From positions 1-24,266 of IMG/VR virus record IMGVR_UViG_3300033076_000938: a DNA stretch of 24,266 bases, one strand, 5' to 3'. The notes below the pieces were generated by a model. It had not been told where the DNA came from and searched no databases. It saw nothing but the letters and a program-made list of their open reading frames with translations. Numbering within the stretch: the first letter of the stretch is position 1; each line of letters opens with the position of its first letter. The stretch comes from a virus (Duplodnaviria; Caudoviricetes). A program made the position numbers and the translations under genes. Below are positions 6,953 to 15,694 of the stretch, one piece after another.

Positions 6953-7766
6953 GCGCAAACAGGCCCCCGTTTTTGTTGGGGGGGCTTTGCGCCCAAACGC
7001 AGCGGTGGGCATCAAGTACGCGGCGCGGTTGGAAAAGCTCACGCGGCAAATGATAGAGACCGTGCGCCGCGAGGTGCTGCGGCTTTTTGAAGGGCCCGTC
7101 GGCCGCCAGCATTTGGGCATGGACGCGTCATTGGCCAGCCAGGCGCGGATGCTTACCGACAAACTGACGCGGCGTTTTGAGGAACTTTTTGCCAAGGCCG
7201 CAAAACCCATGGCGGAAAGCATGCTAAGCGGTGCAGAGAAGTCCACCAAGTCCAGCTTGCATTCCAGCTTACAGCAGCTAAGCGGCGGTTTGAGCTTAAA
7301 GACTTCGGTCATGAACACGCCGCTGCAAGAAGTCTACAAAGCCAGCGTGGCCGAGAATGTTGCGCTGATCAAGTCAATACCTGCAGAGTATTTGCAGAAA
7401 GTGCAGGGCTCGGTGATGCGCTCAATAACCACGGGTAACGGGTTGCAAGATTTGATACCCGCGCTTGAACAGTACGAGGGCCAGACCTATCGCCGCGCCC
7501 GCAACATTGCGCTGGACCAGACGCGCAAGGCCCACAACAGCATCAACAAGCAGCGGATGCAAGCCCTGGGCGTGAAAAAATTTAAGTGGATACACAGCGG
7601 CGGCGGTGCGCACCCGCGCGAAGACCACGTGTTGATGGACGGGCAGATTTTTGATTTTGACAACCTCCCCGTAATCGACAAACGCACAGGGGAGCGCGGC
7701 ATTCCAGGCCAAGCACCAAACTGCAGGTGCTCGATGGCACCAGTGTTTGCATTTGGTGACGATTAG
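6918..7766 (+). CDS. Minor head morphogenesis protein (Mu F / SPP1 gp7-like)
   Basis: RARNIALDQT, KFKW, PREDH..MDG, PGQAPNCRC motifs; follows portal. Confidence 0.9.
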   Translation: MLTKKRKTWAAKRKQAPVFVGGALRPNAAVGIKYAARLEKLTRQMIETVRREVLRLFEGPVGRQHLGMDASLASQARMLTDKLTRRFEELFAKAAKPMAESMLSGAEKSTKSSLHSSLQQLSGGLSLKTSVMNTPLQEVYKASVAENVALIKSIPAEYLQKVQGSVMRSITTGNGLQDLIPALEQYEGQTYRRARNIALDQTRKAHNSINKQRMQALGVKKFKWIHSGGGAHPREDHVLMDGQIFDFDNLPVIDKRTGERGIPGQAPNCRCSMAPVFAFGDD

Positions 7767-7774
7767 TGTATGAT
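7746..7774 (+). promoter_or_regulatory. Possible internal promoter TTTGCA-17-TATGAT upstream of the NUDIX/protease-capsid genes
   Basis: Lies at an AT-rich intergenic gap in the head module. Confidence 0.35.
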
Positions 7775-7802
7775 AACAATAACTTAATTTTGGGTGGGCA
7801 AA

Positions 7803-8486
7803 ATGCCGCTTGAAAAAGGCGCTTCGCCGGAAATTTTGGGGCGAAATATACGCGAGCTGATGCAGTCCGGGCGTTCTGTTGAGCAAGCCGCCGCAATAGC
7901 GCATCGCTACGCCCAGGGCGACGAGAGGGCCGCCGGAATTTGCTTTCGGTCGGGCAGGTATGTGCTGTTGCTTTTGCGCTCCAGTGGGTGCGCGGATTAT
8001 CCAGATTTGTGGGCGTTTCCAGGCGGGACAATTGAACCCGGAGAGACCGCAGAACAGGCAGCGCGGCGCGAGGTGCTCGAGGAAACGGGGCTTGATTACC
8101 AAGGCCCACTTGTTCCCTTTGATTACGACAACGGTTTTTTAACATTTTTTGCGGATTTGCCCGAAACCTTCAGGCCCGCGCTGAACGAAGAGCACGCGGG
8201 CTACTGCTGGATGCGCCCCAGCCTTGGCAGCAGTGTAAGCTTACTGCCTGGGTGCGGCGAGGCCATTGCCTGCCTGCCCGCAGTTGCTGGGCAAGGCTTG
8301 GACAAACGAGAGTACGACACAAATGGCTGGTTTGAAGTAAAAGACAACCCTCTGAGCAAAGTGGGGGTGTTCCCATACTCGGCGGCTTCCCTTGGACGCG
8401 GGGAAAATCTTCCAAATTTACAGGCCAGCCGAAGAACTCGGCGCGCAGGTATGCCTCGACAGCTTCAAGCTTTTACCCTGGATTGA
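7803..8486 (+). CDS. MPLxKG/QAxAIA module + NUDIX hydrolase + N-terminus of DUF2213 prohead protease (frame changes near 8390-8407)
   Basis: Complete NUDIX box [23 protein letters not shown]; then [24 protein letters not shown], typical of the DUF2213 start; ATG 7803 preferred over GTG 7794. Confidence 0.8.
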   Translation: MPLEKGASPEILGRNIRELMQSGRSVEQAAAIAHRYAQGDERAAGICFRSGRYVLLLLRSSGCADYPDLWAFPGGTIEPGETAEQAARREVLEETGLDYQGPLVPFDYDNGFLTFFADLPETFRPALNEEHAGYCWMRPSLGSSVSLLPGCGEAIACLPAVAGQGLDKREYDTNGWFEVKDNPLSKVGVFPYSAASLGRGENLPNLQASRRTRRAGMPRQLQAFTLD

Positions 8487-9300
8487 TGACCACGTGATGC
8501 TGGGCCCGGTGATGCAAGAGAACGGGCACGGTGTGGCCGCCGAAAAGAAAGGCGTCCAGGGCGTGATTGGGCAGGACGTGCATTTTGATGGCGAGTACCT
8601 GCGCGGGAACATCAAAGTGTTCAGCGAGAGCCTAGCCAGGCTTATTGAAGCGGGCAAGCGAGAATTATCAGCGGGGTACACGTGCAGATACGACATGACC
8701 CCCGGGGAATGGAACGGCGTCAAATACGATGGCGTGCAGAGAGACATTAGGGGCAACCATTTGGCCCTGGTGCAAGAGGGCCGGATGGGGCCGGATGTGG
8801 CAGTTTTAGACAAAAAAGAGGGTGGGAGTATGACGGAAGAAAACAAGCCAGCAGCCGAGGGTGGGGCCACGGATGCAATGACTTTAGAGCAAGCGGTTGC
8901 GATGCTCAAAGAATTGGCCCCGAAAGTCGCCGAGCTTACCGCGGCCATGGCCTCGCTGGGGAAACCCGCCGAGACTAAGACCGAAGAAGTCAACGAGGAC
9001 GCTTGCGCTAAACCTGCGGCCATGGACGCAGCCGAGATTACTCGCAAAGTGATGGCCGACATCGCCAAGCGCGATGACCTGGCCCGCCGCTTGTCAGTGC
9101 ATGTTGGCGTTTTTGATCATGCGGAAAAGACGCTGGCTGAGGTTGTGGCCTACGGTTGCGAGAAGCTTGGTTTGCGCAATAGTGCGGATTTGCTCGAGGG
9201 TTATTTGAGCGCCAAGCCCGCAGAGGCAAAACCTGCCGTGGCCCAGGACACTGCGGCACCGCAGTATTTTTTGGATGCGTATCTTAAAGGGGAAAAATAA
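8392..9300 (+). CDS. DUF2213 prohead protease/scaffold, remainder in +1 frame
   Basis: [31 protein letters not shown] motifs; no RBS at TTG 8392, so probably continuous with the upstream ORF. Confidence 0.85.
   Translation: MDAGKIFQIYRPAEELGAQVCLDSFKLLPWIDDHVMLGPVMQENGHGVAAEKKGVQGVIGQDVHFDGEYLRGNIKVFSESLARLIEAGKRELSAGYTCRYDMTPGEWNGVKYDGVQRDIRGNHLALVQEGRMGPDVAVLDKKEGGSMTEENKPAAEGGATDAMTLEQAVAMLKELAPKVAELTAAMASLGKPAETKTEEVNEDACAKPAAMDAAEITRKVMADIAKRDDLARRLSVHVGVFDHAEKTLAEVVAYGCEKLGLRNSADLLEGYLSAKPAEAKPAVAQDTAAPQYFLDAYLKGEK
8830..9300 (+). CDS. Putative nested in-frame scaffolding protein (156 aa)
   Basis: In-frame ATG 8830 preceded by GAGGGTGGGAG; Ala/Glu-rich helical sequence. Confidence 0.5.
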   Translation: MTEENKPAAEGGATDAMTLEQAVAMLKELAPKVAELTAAMASLGKPAETKTEEVNEDACAKPAAMDAAEITRKVMADIAKRDDLARRLSVHVGVFDHAEKTLAEVVAYGCEKLGLRNSADLLEGYLSAKPAEAKPAVAQDTAAPQYFLDAYLKGEK

Positions 9301-9782
9301 TGCCTTTCCAAAGCACAATTAACTTAGACCAAGCGTTTGGCGTGCCTGGGGAGCTTCGTTTTGAAGGCCCCACCCGCGTTACGCCCGGCGTTACCAAAGG
9401 CACTGCAGCCAACATTCTGGTGGGCAGCGCTTACACTATCGACACCGCCGATGGCAAGTACCAACCCGGCGGCACGGGGGTGTACGGCGGTATTATGATC
9501 AACCCCAAAGAGCTTGCAAACTACGGCACCACCGGCGGTGGTCCATTGGCCCCCACGCTGCAAGTGCCTGCAGGCACCGTGGCCGAGTTCTGCACTATGG
9601 GTTTTGTTTGCGTGCAGCTTGCAAACGCCGCTACCATCGGCGACGGCGTGTTCTTCACGAACGCCACCGGGTTGTTGTCTGCAGGTACTGCAAGCACTGG
9701 GCAAACGCAAATTGCCAATGCTAAAGTTGTGCGCGTGAGCAACGCCGCAGCTGGCCTGGCCGTTATTAGCTTGTTAGGATAA
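9300..9782 (+). CDS. Head decoration/cement protein
   Basis: 160 aa, Gly/Thr/Ala-rich, between protease and MCP; TAATG coupling. Confidence 0.75.
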   Translation: MPFQSTINLDQAFGVPGELRFEGPTRVTPGVTKGTAANILVGSAYTIDTADGKYQPGGTGVYGGIMINPKELANYGTTGGGPLAPTLQVPAGTVAEFCTMGFVCVQLANAATIGDGVFFTNATGLLSAGTASTGQTQIANAKVVRVSNAAAGLAVISLLG

Positions 9783-9792
9783 GGGGAACAAA

Positions 9793-10956
9793 GTGAGAAA
9801 CGAAGCACAAGTACACAGCTTTGTGCCCGCTAATAAAGTGCGGGCCCTGGCGATGGATGCAAAAGATGTAGCCGCAATGGTGGCCAAGGCTGGCCCGCGC
9901 GGGGATTTTGACCTTGCCCGCATCGGCGTGCATGTTGAGCGGAATTTTGTCGAGGGCTTCATGCGCTCGGTACAAGACCAGTTCGGCAGCATCGGCATGG
10001 ATGACACCCAAGGCTTGGTAACCACAGCAAGCACGGGTGCGGCAGTTCAGTTCTTGCAAACTTGGCTCCCAGGCAACGTGGAAGTGATCACTGCTGCCCG
10101 TCAAATTAGCGAGCTGATCGGCGAGGCCACGGTGGGCAATTGGCACGACGAAGAAGTGGTACAGCGAGTGCTTGAGCGCGTAGGTTCTGCCGCGCTCTAT
10201 GGCGACCGCGCCAACACTCCGTTGGCTACTTACAACTGGAACAACGAGCGCCGCACAGTTATCCGTTTTGAACAAAGCATGTTTTTGGGCAAGCTGGAAG
10301 AGCTGCGCAGCGCTGCGGCAATGATCAACGCCGCTGCAGAAAACCGTGCCGCTTGCGCTTCCAGCATTGCTATCAGCCAAAATATGGTGGGCTTCTACGG
10401 CTTCAACGGCGGTGCCAACCGCACCTACGGCTTCTTGAATGATCCTTCGTTGCCTGCATATGTGACCGCAGCGGCCACAGGTACCAGCGGTGCTACGTTC
10501 TGGTCTACCAAAACCGCCACCAACATTGTGGCCGACATTCGGGGCATGTTGGCGCGTTTGCAGGCAGCCAGCCGCAACACAATCAACATCCGCACCGACG
10601 CCTTGACTTTGGCGGTAGCGCCTTCGGCCCAGGCTTACTTGTCCACCCCCGAGGCGGCCGGCAACAACATGACCGCTTACAAATGGTTGGCCGAGAACTA
10701 CCCCAACATCACTGTAAAATCCGCGCCTGAGCTTGACGCGGCTAACGGTGGTGCGAACGTAGCTTACCTGTATGCCGACAAAGTGCGCGACAGTGGCACT
10801 GACGGCGGAGCAACCTTCATTCAGATTGTGCCTTCCAAATTTGTGATGCTGGGCAGTTCCAAAGACGCCAAAGGCTACACTGAGACTTACAGCAGCGCAA
10901 CCGCAGGGGTAATGGTAAAACGACCCTACGCCATCCAACGCTTGACAGGAATTTAA
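9793..10956 (+). CDS. Major capsid protein (DUF2184-type)
   Basis: 387 aa; GFYG...TYGFLNDPSL and ATAGVMVKRPYAI motifs; strong codon bias; synteny. Confidence 0.92.
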   Translation: MRNEAQVHSFVPANKVRALAMDAKDVAAMVAKAGPRGDFDLARIGVHVERNFVEGFMRSVQDQFGSIGMDDTQGLVTTASTGAAVQFLQTWLPGNVEVITAARQISELIGEATVGNWHDEEVVQRVLERVGSAALYGDRANTPLATYNWNNERRTVIRFEQSMFLGKLEELRSAAAMINAAAENRAACASSIAISQNMVGFYGFNGGANRTYGFLNDPSLPAYVTAAATGTSGATFWSTKTATNIVADIRGMLARLQAASRNTINIRTDALTLAVAPSAQAYLSTPEAAGNNMTAYKWLAENYPNITVKSAPELDAANGGANVAYLYADKVRDSGTDGGATFIQIVPSKFVMLGSSKDAKGYTETYSSATAGVMVKRPYAIQRLTGI

Positions 10957-10958
10957 CC

Positions 10959-11327
10959 ATGGCTAATTTTGTTTACAGCACACTTTCTAGCTCGGTGACA
11001 TACGAGAACCACCAGCCCACTCACGACATGCCACGCGTCATTGCGAGCGTGACCATAGGCGGCGGGGCCGGCGTCATTGGCAACTTTATGCAAACCCCAA
11101 AAGGGGTCTGCACTGAGGTTACCGATGAAGAACTGGAAGCCTTGCGCAGCAACAGCATTTTTCAGCTGCACGAGGCCAACGGTTTTATCAAAGTGGAAGT
11201 GACCCGCCACAAGAAAAAAGATGTCGAAGTGGCCGTGGCCGATATGCAGGCCCGCGACCCTTCAGCGCCCACAGTGCCTGAAGATTTTGTGGGCGACCTG
11301 ACGCCCCCAGTGGTGTCTAAAAAGTAA
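10959..11327 (+). CDS. Hypothetical virion-associated protein
   Basis: AGGA RBS; position between MCP and adaptor. Confidence 0.7.
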   Translation: MANFVYSTLSSSVTYENHQPTHDMPRVIASVTIGGGAGVIGNFMQTPKGVCTEVTDEELEALRSNSIFQLHEANGFIKVEVTRHKKKDVEVAVADMQARDPSAPTVPEDFVGDLTPPVVSKK

Positions 11328-11341
11328 AGTAAGGGGCAACT

Positions 11342-11776
11342 GTGGCTACTATCGTTTTTGACCCAACCGAGTTTAAAGCGCTGTATCCACAGTTTGCCTC
11401 TTATGCTGACATTAAACTGCAGGCGACTTTTGATTTATCGACTGCGTACATTTCGCCCGACATCAGCGCGGATTTCCCAGAGCCGGCGCTGAAACAGGCA
11501 CTAAATTTAATGACCGCCCACCAGCTGGCTATCGAGGCGCGGTTGGTTGCTTCAGGTTATTCGCAAAGCCCGGCTGTGCTTCAGTCTGCCACGGTGGACA
11601 AAATCAGCGTGACGGTACAGCCCCCACCGCAGCGCGACCAATGGGCCTGGTGGCTTAACACCACCCCCTACGGCGCGCAACTGCTGGCCCTGCTGCAAGT
11701 ACAAAGCGCGGGCGGATGGTACATCGGCGGTTTGCCGGAGCGTGCAGCGTTCCGCAAAGTTGGCGGGGTGTTCTAA
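11342..11776 (+). CDS. Head-tail adaptor (DUF4054-like)
   Basis: FKALYPQF, LMTAH, WWLNTTPYGAQLLALL motifs. Confidence 0.85.
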   Translation: MATIVFDPTEFKALYPQFASYADIKLQATFDLSTAYISPDISADFPEPALKQALNLMTAHQLAIEARLVASGYSQSPAVLQSATVDKISVTVQPPPQRDQWAWWLNTTPYGAQLLALLQVQSAGGWYIGGLPERAAFRKVGGVF

Positions 11777-12267
11777 TGCGCACCACCAAAAAGCCCGGGG
11801 CATCCGAAGGTTTACGCCAAGCCATTGACGGGCTAGGTAAAAACCAGGGGCGCGTGGGTTGGTTCCCCGCATCGAAGTATGAGAACGGCGCACCTGTTGC
11901 AGGCGTGGCCTACGTGCAAGAATTTGGCAGCCCCAGCCGTGGCGTACCGCCTCGCCTGGGCCTTCGGGTATTGGCTGAAGAGAAGCGCCCTGAGTGGGCC
12001 AAGGTTGCCGCGCAAATATCCAAAGGCGTAATGTCTGGGCAGCTTCCCATCACTGCGGTGGCGGAAGCTGTAGGATTGGCCGCCGAGGGCAACATTCGGG
12101 AAAGGGTGGCATCGGTAACGGAACCGCCGCTCAAAGCCGCTACGGTTGAAGCCCGCAAGCGGCGGTTGGCCAACGGGGGCAAAGGTGCCCAAGCTAGCAT
12201 CGCCAAGCCCTTGGTTGATACGGGCTTGCTGCTCAACAGCGTGGCCAGCGAGGTGGTGCAAAAATGA
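11776..12267 (+). CDS. Neck / tail-completion protein
   Basis: TAATG coupling at 11774-11778; VGW...VAYVQEFG...KPLVDTG motifs. Confidence 0.75.
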   Translation: MRTTKKPGASEGLRQAIDGLGKNQGRVGWFPASKYENGAPVAGVAYVQEFGSPSRGVPPRLGLRVLAEEKRPEWAKVAAQISKGVMSGQLPITAVAEAVGLAAEGNIRERVASVTEPPLKAATVEARKRRLANGGKGAQASIAKPLVDTGLLLNSVASEVVQK

Positions 12268-12638
12268 ACGTACCAGGCGCAGGCTTGTTGGGCATGGCCT
12301 TGGGTTTGATAGCGGGGCAGAGCGTGCAGCACCGTGCGTTTTTGTCGCGCACGGTCAACGGGGTGGGGGATTTTGTTTCGACCTTCGCGGCACCCGTGCC
12401 CATTGTGGCCAGCTTCCAGCCTATCGACACTAAGCTAAAACAGCAGCTGGGTTTAAACCTGGCCAGTTCTTACGCTTACCTGTTTACCGCTGCCAACGTG
12501 CAGCCCACCCAGGAAGGCCGCGAGGGTGACCTGATTATTTACGGAGGCCGCACCTGGCAGGCCGAAGACAAGCACGAATGGTCCTTGGTTAATGAAGTCG
12601 GCGGCGTATTGCTGGTGGAGGTGCCCGCGCATGAATGA
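12264..12638 (+). CDS. Head closure / neck protein
   Basis: 124 aa, ATGA overlap; GDLIIYGGRTW motif; synteny. Confidence 0.65.
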   Translation: MNVPGAGLLGMALGLIAGQSVQHRAFLSRTVNGVGDFVSTFAAPVPIVASFQPIDTKLKQQLGLNLASSYAYLFTAANVQPTQEGREGDLIIYGGRTWQAEDKHEWSLVNEVGGVLLVEVPAHE

Positions 12639-13173
12639 TAAAGAACTTTTTGCGCTGTTCCTAACGCACTTGCTACCCGGGCTACGCACGCGCACGGCTT
12701 TGCCAAACCTCGTGTTGGCCCGCAGCTACCAAGCCACGCAGCAAGGAACGGTGACCGCGCCCACAGTTTATTTTTTTAAAGTCGGTGACCGCCGCCACGG
12801 GCATGTCGAGCGCGCGCAGCAATACAATGCCAACACGGGGCTGTTCGATACTGCAGAGCGCCAGGTGTACGAAAGCACGCTGCAATTCACCGCTTGGGCG
12901 CAAGAAAACACAAATAGCGTGACAAGCTTAACCAATTCTGACATACTTAACGCAGCCGCAAGCATAGCGCAAAGTGATGATTTTATTGCTTCTTTGAGGG
13001 CGGCATGTGTGGGGATTTTGCGGGTTACTGAAGTGCGTAACCCGTACGTTTTTAATGAACAAAGCAGATTTGAAGCGGTGCCAAGTTTTGATTTGGTGCT
13101 GACTTATGAGCGCAGTTATAGCGCCACCACCCCCCGGGTGGATACTTTTGAAACCGACATTAAGAGGGTGTGA
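12631..13173 (+). CDS. Tail terminator / neck protein
   Basis: ATG 12631 after GGAGG; directly upstream of sheath. Confidence 0.7.
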   Translation: MNDKELFALFLTHLLPGLRTRTALPNLVLARSYQATQQGTVTAPTVYFFKVGDRRHGHVERAQQYNANTGLFDTAERQVYESTLQFTAWAQENTNSVTSLTNSDILNAAASIAQSDDFIASLRAACVGILRVTEVRNPYVFNEQSRFEAVPSFDLVLTYERSYSATTPRVDTFETDIKRV

Positions 13174-14678
13174 TGGCCATCGAGTTCAAGCGTTATGTTG
13201 ACATTACGAGCGGCGTGGGCGGTGGTGCGGGCGTGCGCCTGCGCGACTTAATCTTGCGGCTTTTTAGCATCAGCCCGCTGGTGCCGGAAAAAACCGTGAT
13301 AGAGATGGACAACGCGGCAGACGTGGGGGCCTACTTTGGCACTAGCTCTGCCGAATATTTGCGCGCCGTGTTTTACTTTGGGTTTATCTCCAAGAACATT
13401 ACCGCCCCAAAAAAAATCAGCTTCTCGCGCTGGGCTGAGACCAACCAAGCGGCTCGAATTTACGGCAAAGCCAAGACTTTTGCCGTATCTCAATTTACGG
13501 GCACGACCACGGGAGCTCTAAAGCTGACCATTGGGGCTTACACCGGGGACGTGACGAGCCTCAATTTTTCCAGCGCCACCACGCTTTCGCAAGTTGCCAG
13601 CATATTGCAAACTGCCATTCGCGCAGTGAGCGCAGGTGGTGCCAATTGGACCTCGGCCAGCGTTACCTACAACGCAGTGGCCCAACGTTTTGAATTAGTT
13701 GGAGGCGTGGTTGGTGCGGCGGCGGTGGCCACGGCTGCCCCTGCTTCGGGCGTTGACGTGCGCACTTTGTTGGGCTGGGATGTCACTGCGATATTCTCGC
13801 CCGGGGTTGCCGCGCAAGAACCCTTGGATGCTTTTATTGACAGCGTCAACGTGTCGGACAATTTTGGCAGCTTTGCTTTTGCGCACCCAATCAGCCAGAG
13901 CCAGGCAGTTGCCGTGGCTCAGCAAAACGACACTTACAATGTCAAGTTTCTGTTCACCTTGCCGATAGCCGCAGCTGACGCGGCCAGCTATTACGGAGCA
14001 CTTAGCGGATTGTCAGGTGTGGCCACCACACTTGCGCCGCTATCGACCGAGTACCCCGAGTTGCTGCCCGCCGCTATTCTTGCGGCCACGGATTACAGCC
14101 GCCGGAATTCGGTGCAGAACTACATGTTCCAGCAGGCCAGCCTCACCCCTTCGGTGCTGCTGACGGCTGACGCTAACACCATGGACCTTAACCGCGTCAA
14201 TTACTACGGGCGCACTCAGACCGCTGGCCAGAACATTGACTTTTACCAACGCGGCGTGATGATGGGCCTGGCCACAGACCCCGTGGACATGAACACTTAC
14301 GCAAACGAGATGTGGCTTAAAGACGCGGCGGGCGCGGCCATTATGGGCCTGTTGTTGTCCTTGGCTCGGGTTTCCGCGAACTCAACCGGGCGCGGACAAG
14401 TATTGTCGATTTTGCAAAACGTAATCGAGCAAGCCGCATTCAACGGCACAATATCCGTGGGCAAGCCTCTGAGCCAAACGCAAAAGTTGTTCATCACCAA
14501 TCTTACTGGAGACCCCGAGGCTTGGCAGCAGGTATTCCGCCTAGGGTACTGGGTAGACTGCACAATTCAAAGCTACGTTACCCAGGACAGCCGCACCGAG
14601 TACAAAGCGGTTTACACTTTGATTTACAGCAAAGACGACGCCATCCGCAAGGTTGAGGGCTCGCATATTTTGATTTGA
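13173..14678 (+). CDS. Tail sheath protein (DUF3383-like)
   Basis: About 500 aa; VGAYFG..SAEY..A..YFG, NYMFQQ, NYYG, LIYSKDDAIRKVEG motifs. Confidence 0.9.
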   Translation: MAIEFKRYVDITSGVGGGAGVRLRDLILRLFSISPLVPEKTVIEMDNAADVGAYFGTSSAEYLRAVFYFGFISKNITAPKKISFSRWAETNQAARIYGKAKTFAVSQFTGTTTGALKLTIGAYTGDVTSLNFSSATTLSQVASILQTAIRAVSAGGANWTSASVTYNAVAQRFELVGGVVGAAAVATAAPASGVDVRTLLGWDVTAIFSPGVAAQEPLDAFIDSVNVSDNFGSFAFAHPISQSQAVAVAQQNDTYNVKFLFTLPIAAADAASYYGALSGLSGVATTLAPLSTEYPELLPAAILAATDYSRRNSVQNYMFQQASLTPSVLLTADANTMDLNRVNYYGRTQTAGQNIDFYQRGVMMGLATDPVDMNTYANEMWLKDAAGAAIMGLLLSLARVSANSTGRGQVLSILQNVIEQAAFNGTISVGKPLSQTQKLFITNLTGDPEAWQQVFRLGYWVDCTIQSYVTQDSRTEYKAVYTLIYSKDDAIRKVEGSHILI

Positions 14679-14687
14679 GGTTAAGCC

Positions 14688-15131
14688 ATGGCAGACATTA
14701 GCAGCTTCGGTGTGCGCGTTATCCTGACCGCCACCGAGACCTTTCCCGGCGGCATTAGCATCACGCAATTCGCTGACGATGCCGATCCTTTCGATCTACC
14801 CAGCTTGCAAGTACGCGATGTGGCCATGGGTGTGAATGGGGATTTGATTACGTGGAGCCGTGCCAACCCTATCAAGCTGACCTTGGGAGTGGTGCCCAAC
14901 AGCGATGACGATAGGAATTTGGGCGTGCTCTTTGAGAGCAACCGCGTGGGCAAAGGTAAGCAAGGCGCACGTGATGTGATTTCGTTAAGCGTCATTTACC
15001 CCGACGGCAGCACCGCATCATTCACGCAAGGCGTGATTACCGACGGCCCGCCTGCCAGTTCCTCGGCAAGCTCTGGGCGGCTGAAGTCCAAGAGCTATAT
15101 GTTTGCTTTTGAGAACGTGAACAGGACTTAA
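14688..15131 (+). CDS. Tail tube protein
   Basis: 147 aa after sheath; ITQFADDADP, MGVNGDL motifs; GAGG RBS. Confidence 0.85.
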   Translation: MADISSFGVRVILTATETFPGGISITQFADDADPFDLPSLQVRDVAMGVNGDLITWSRANPIKLTLGVVPNSDDDRNLGVLFESNRVGKGKQGARDVISLSVIYPDGSTASFTQGVITDGPPASSSASSGRLKSKSYMFAFENVNRT

Positions 15132-15134
15132 ACC

Positions 15135-15569
15135 ATGGCACTTTTGCAGCCCAAAACTATTGAAGTGGAGGCCCAGGACGGCAGCAAAAGGGCCTATGTC
15201 ATTTCAAAATTTCCGGCCATCCAAGGCCGCGAGATTATCGCAAAATACCCAGTGAGCTTGATGCCAAAGCTTGGTGATTACGGTGTAAACGAGGAGACCA
15301 TGCTTAAACTCATGGCCTTTGTCGGCATTGAGCGCGAGGGGGCGGAGCCGCTCATGTTGACCACTCGGGCTTTGGTTGACAACCATGTGCCCGATTGGGA
15401 GACCTTGGCCCGTTTAGAGTTTGCGATGATTGAGTACAATTGCAGTTTTTTCGCCAACGGGAAAGGCTCGACTTTATCCGAGGCCATCGCCCGGAAAGCC
15501 CAAGCGTTCCTTTCCCAAACGTTGACGGATTTGTGGGCACAATCCTCGCAGAAGGGAAAGCAACCCTAA
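15135..15569 (+). CDS. Tail assembly chaperone (G-like)
   Basis: Between tube and tape measure; contains in-frame slippery heptamers. Confidence 0.8.
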   Translation: MALLQPKTIEVEAQDGSKRAYVISKFPAIQGREIIAKYPVSLMPKLGDYGVNEETMLKLMAFVGIEREGAEPLMLTTRALVDNHVPDWETLARLEFAMIEYNCSFFANGKGSTLSEAIARKAQAFLSQTLTDLWAQSSQKGKQP

Positions 15570-15694
15570 GCGAGCTGCGGACCATTTACACGCTTGAGGA
15601 TGCGTTCGACCTGTGGGAGGTGATCATGGTAACCCGCTGGAACGAACACCTTGCAATTGAGCACGCAAAGAGGGCCAGCCGTGGCAATACTTGA
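15446..15694 (+). CDS. -1 frameshift extension of tail chaperone (GT-like)
   Basis: T-TTT-TTC at 15446-15452 leads into an open -1 frame containing ATLSELRTIYTLEDAFDLWE. Confidence 0.75.
   Translation, partial: FFRQRERLDFIRGHRPESPSVPFPNVDGFVGTILAEGKATLSELRTIYTLEDAFDLWEVIMVTRWNEHLAIEHAKRASRGNT

Noticed and set aside
9766-10938. 390-aa antisense ORF within the major capsid gene
   Set aside because: Mirror of a strongly codon-biased gene; composition not protein-like
15459-15465. Another GGGAAAG in the chaperone gene
   Set aside because: Read as GGG-AAA in frame 0, the wrong phase for a -1 slip
15564-15597. CCC-TAA +1 shift site at the chaperone stop
   Set aside because: The +1 frame closes after about 10 codons
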